A DNA stretch of 64,000 nt. Source: Vulcanimicrobiota bacterium (GTDB lineage Bacteria > Vulcanimicrobiota > Vulcanimicrobiia > Eremiobacterales > Eremiobacteraceae). A model generated the notes under the pieces. That model ran no database searches. It had not been told where the DNA came from and worked only from the letters and a program-made list of their open reading frames with translations. This document shows, piece after piece, positions 63,978 to 64,000 of this stretch. Within the stretch, counting starts at the first letter, position 1; every line of letters starts with the position of its first letter. The translations under genes were made by a program, and so were the position numbers. The stretch spans positions 7,319 through 71,318 of the forward strand of contig CAWDVP010000008.1 in the NCBI GenBank assembly GCA_963805945.1, read 5' to 3'.

Positions 63978-64000
63978 GAGAAGCCTTCTTCCAGAGAATC

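Noticed and set aside
1-64000. Mobile genetic element, prophage or defence island
   Set aside because: I recognised no integrase, transposase, recombinase, phage structural, restriction-modification, toxin-antitoxin or cas genes. Apart from two small AT-richer patches (about 61.9-62.1 kb and 63.7-64.0 kb), composition looks uniform.

Overview
64-kb, very GC-rich, gene-dense bacterial chromosome segment. I saw no rRNA, tRNA, CRISPR array, transposase, integrase or phage genes.

Gene content in order:
- thrS (partial), a 1104-aa repeat adhesin-like protein, tsaD and an S10 peptidase.
- purM-purN-pyk, pepA and a TonB-dependent-receptor-like outer-membrane protein.
- purD-purF, with two unknown genes downstream.
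- A 10.7-kb tightly coupled operon: purB, an animal-PAICS-like purC-purE fusion, purL, purQ, an unknown membrane protein, a double PurS, two archaeal-type purP paralogues and guaA.
- holA, then mtnA with a class-III aminotransferase.
- ribD-ribE-ribBA-ribH, followed directly by a ~1025-aa pentapeptide-repeat membrane protein.
- comFC, a Liv-type ABC importer with fused ATPases, and envelope sugar genes.
- dapB-asd-lysC-dapA and pcrA.
- A SmtA-like metallothionein that the ORF track missed, a FecR-like secreted protein and small accessory genes.

Most noteworthy:
1. A family of GTAG-headed nested palindromes (REP/REPIN-like) occurs at 12 or more loci. Several copies sit in frame inside essential genes: ribH next to its conserved Lys, purL, and the pentapeptide protein. 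Others supply stop codons.
2. The purine pathway make-up is unusual for a bacterium: a PAICS-type fusion with class II PurE, tandem PurP and a fused PurS, with no purH or purK in the cluster.
3. About 39 single-nucleotide frame breaks interrupt otherwise well-conserved housekeeping genes. Consensus or assembly indels are the simplest explanation.

Frame-break positions and short-motif coordinates are approximate, from a few nt up to about 15 nt. All homology statements come from motif recognition by eye, not from database searches.
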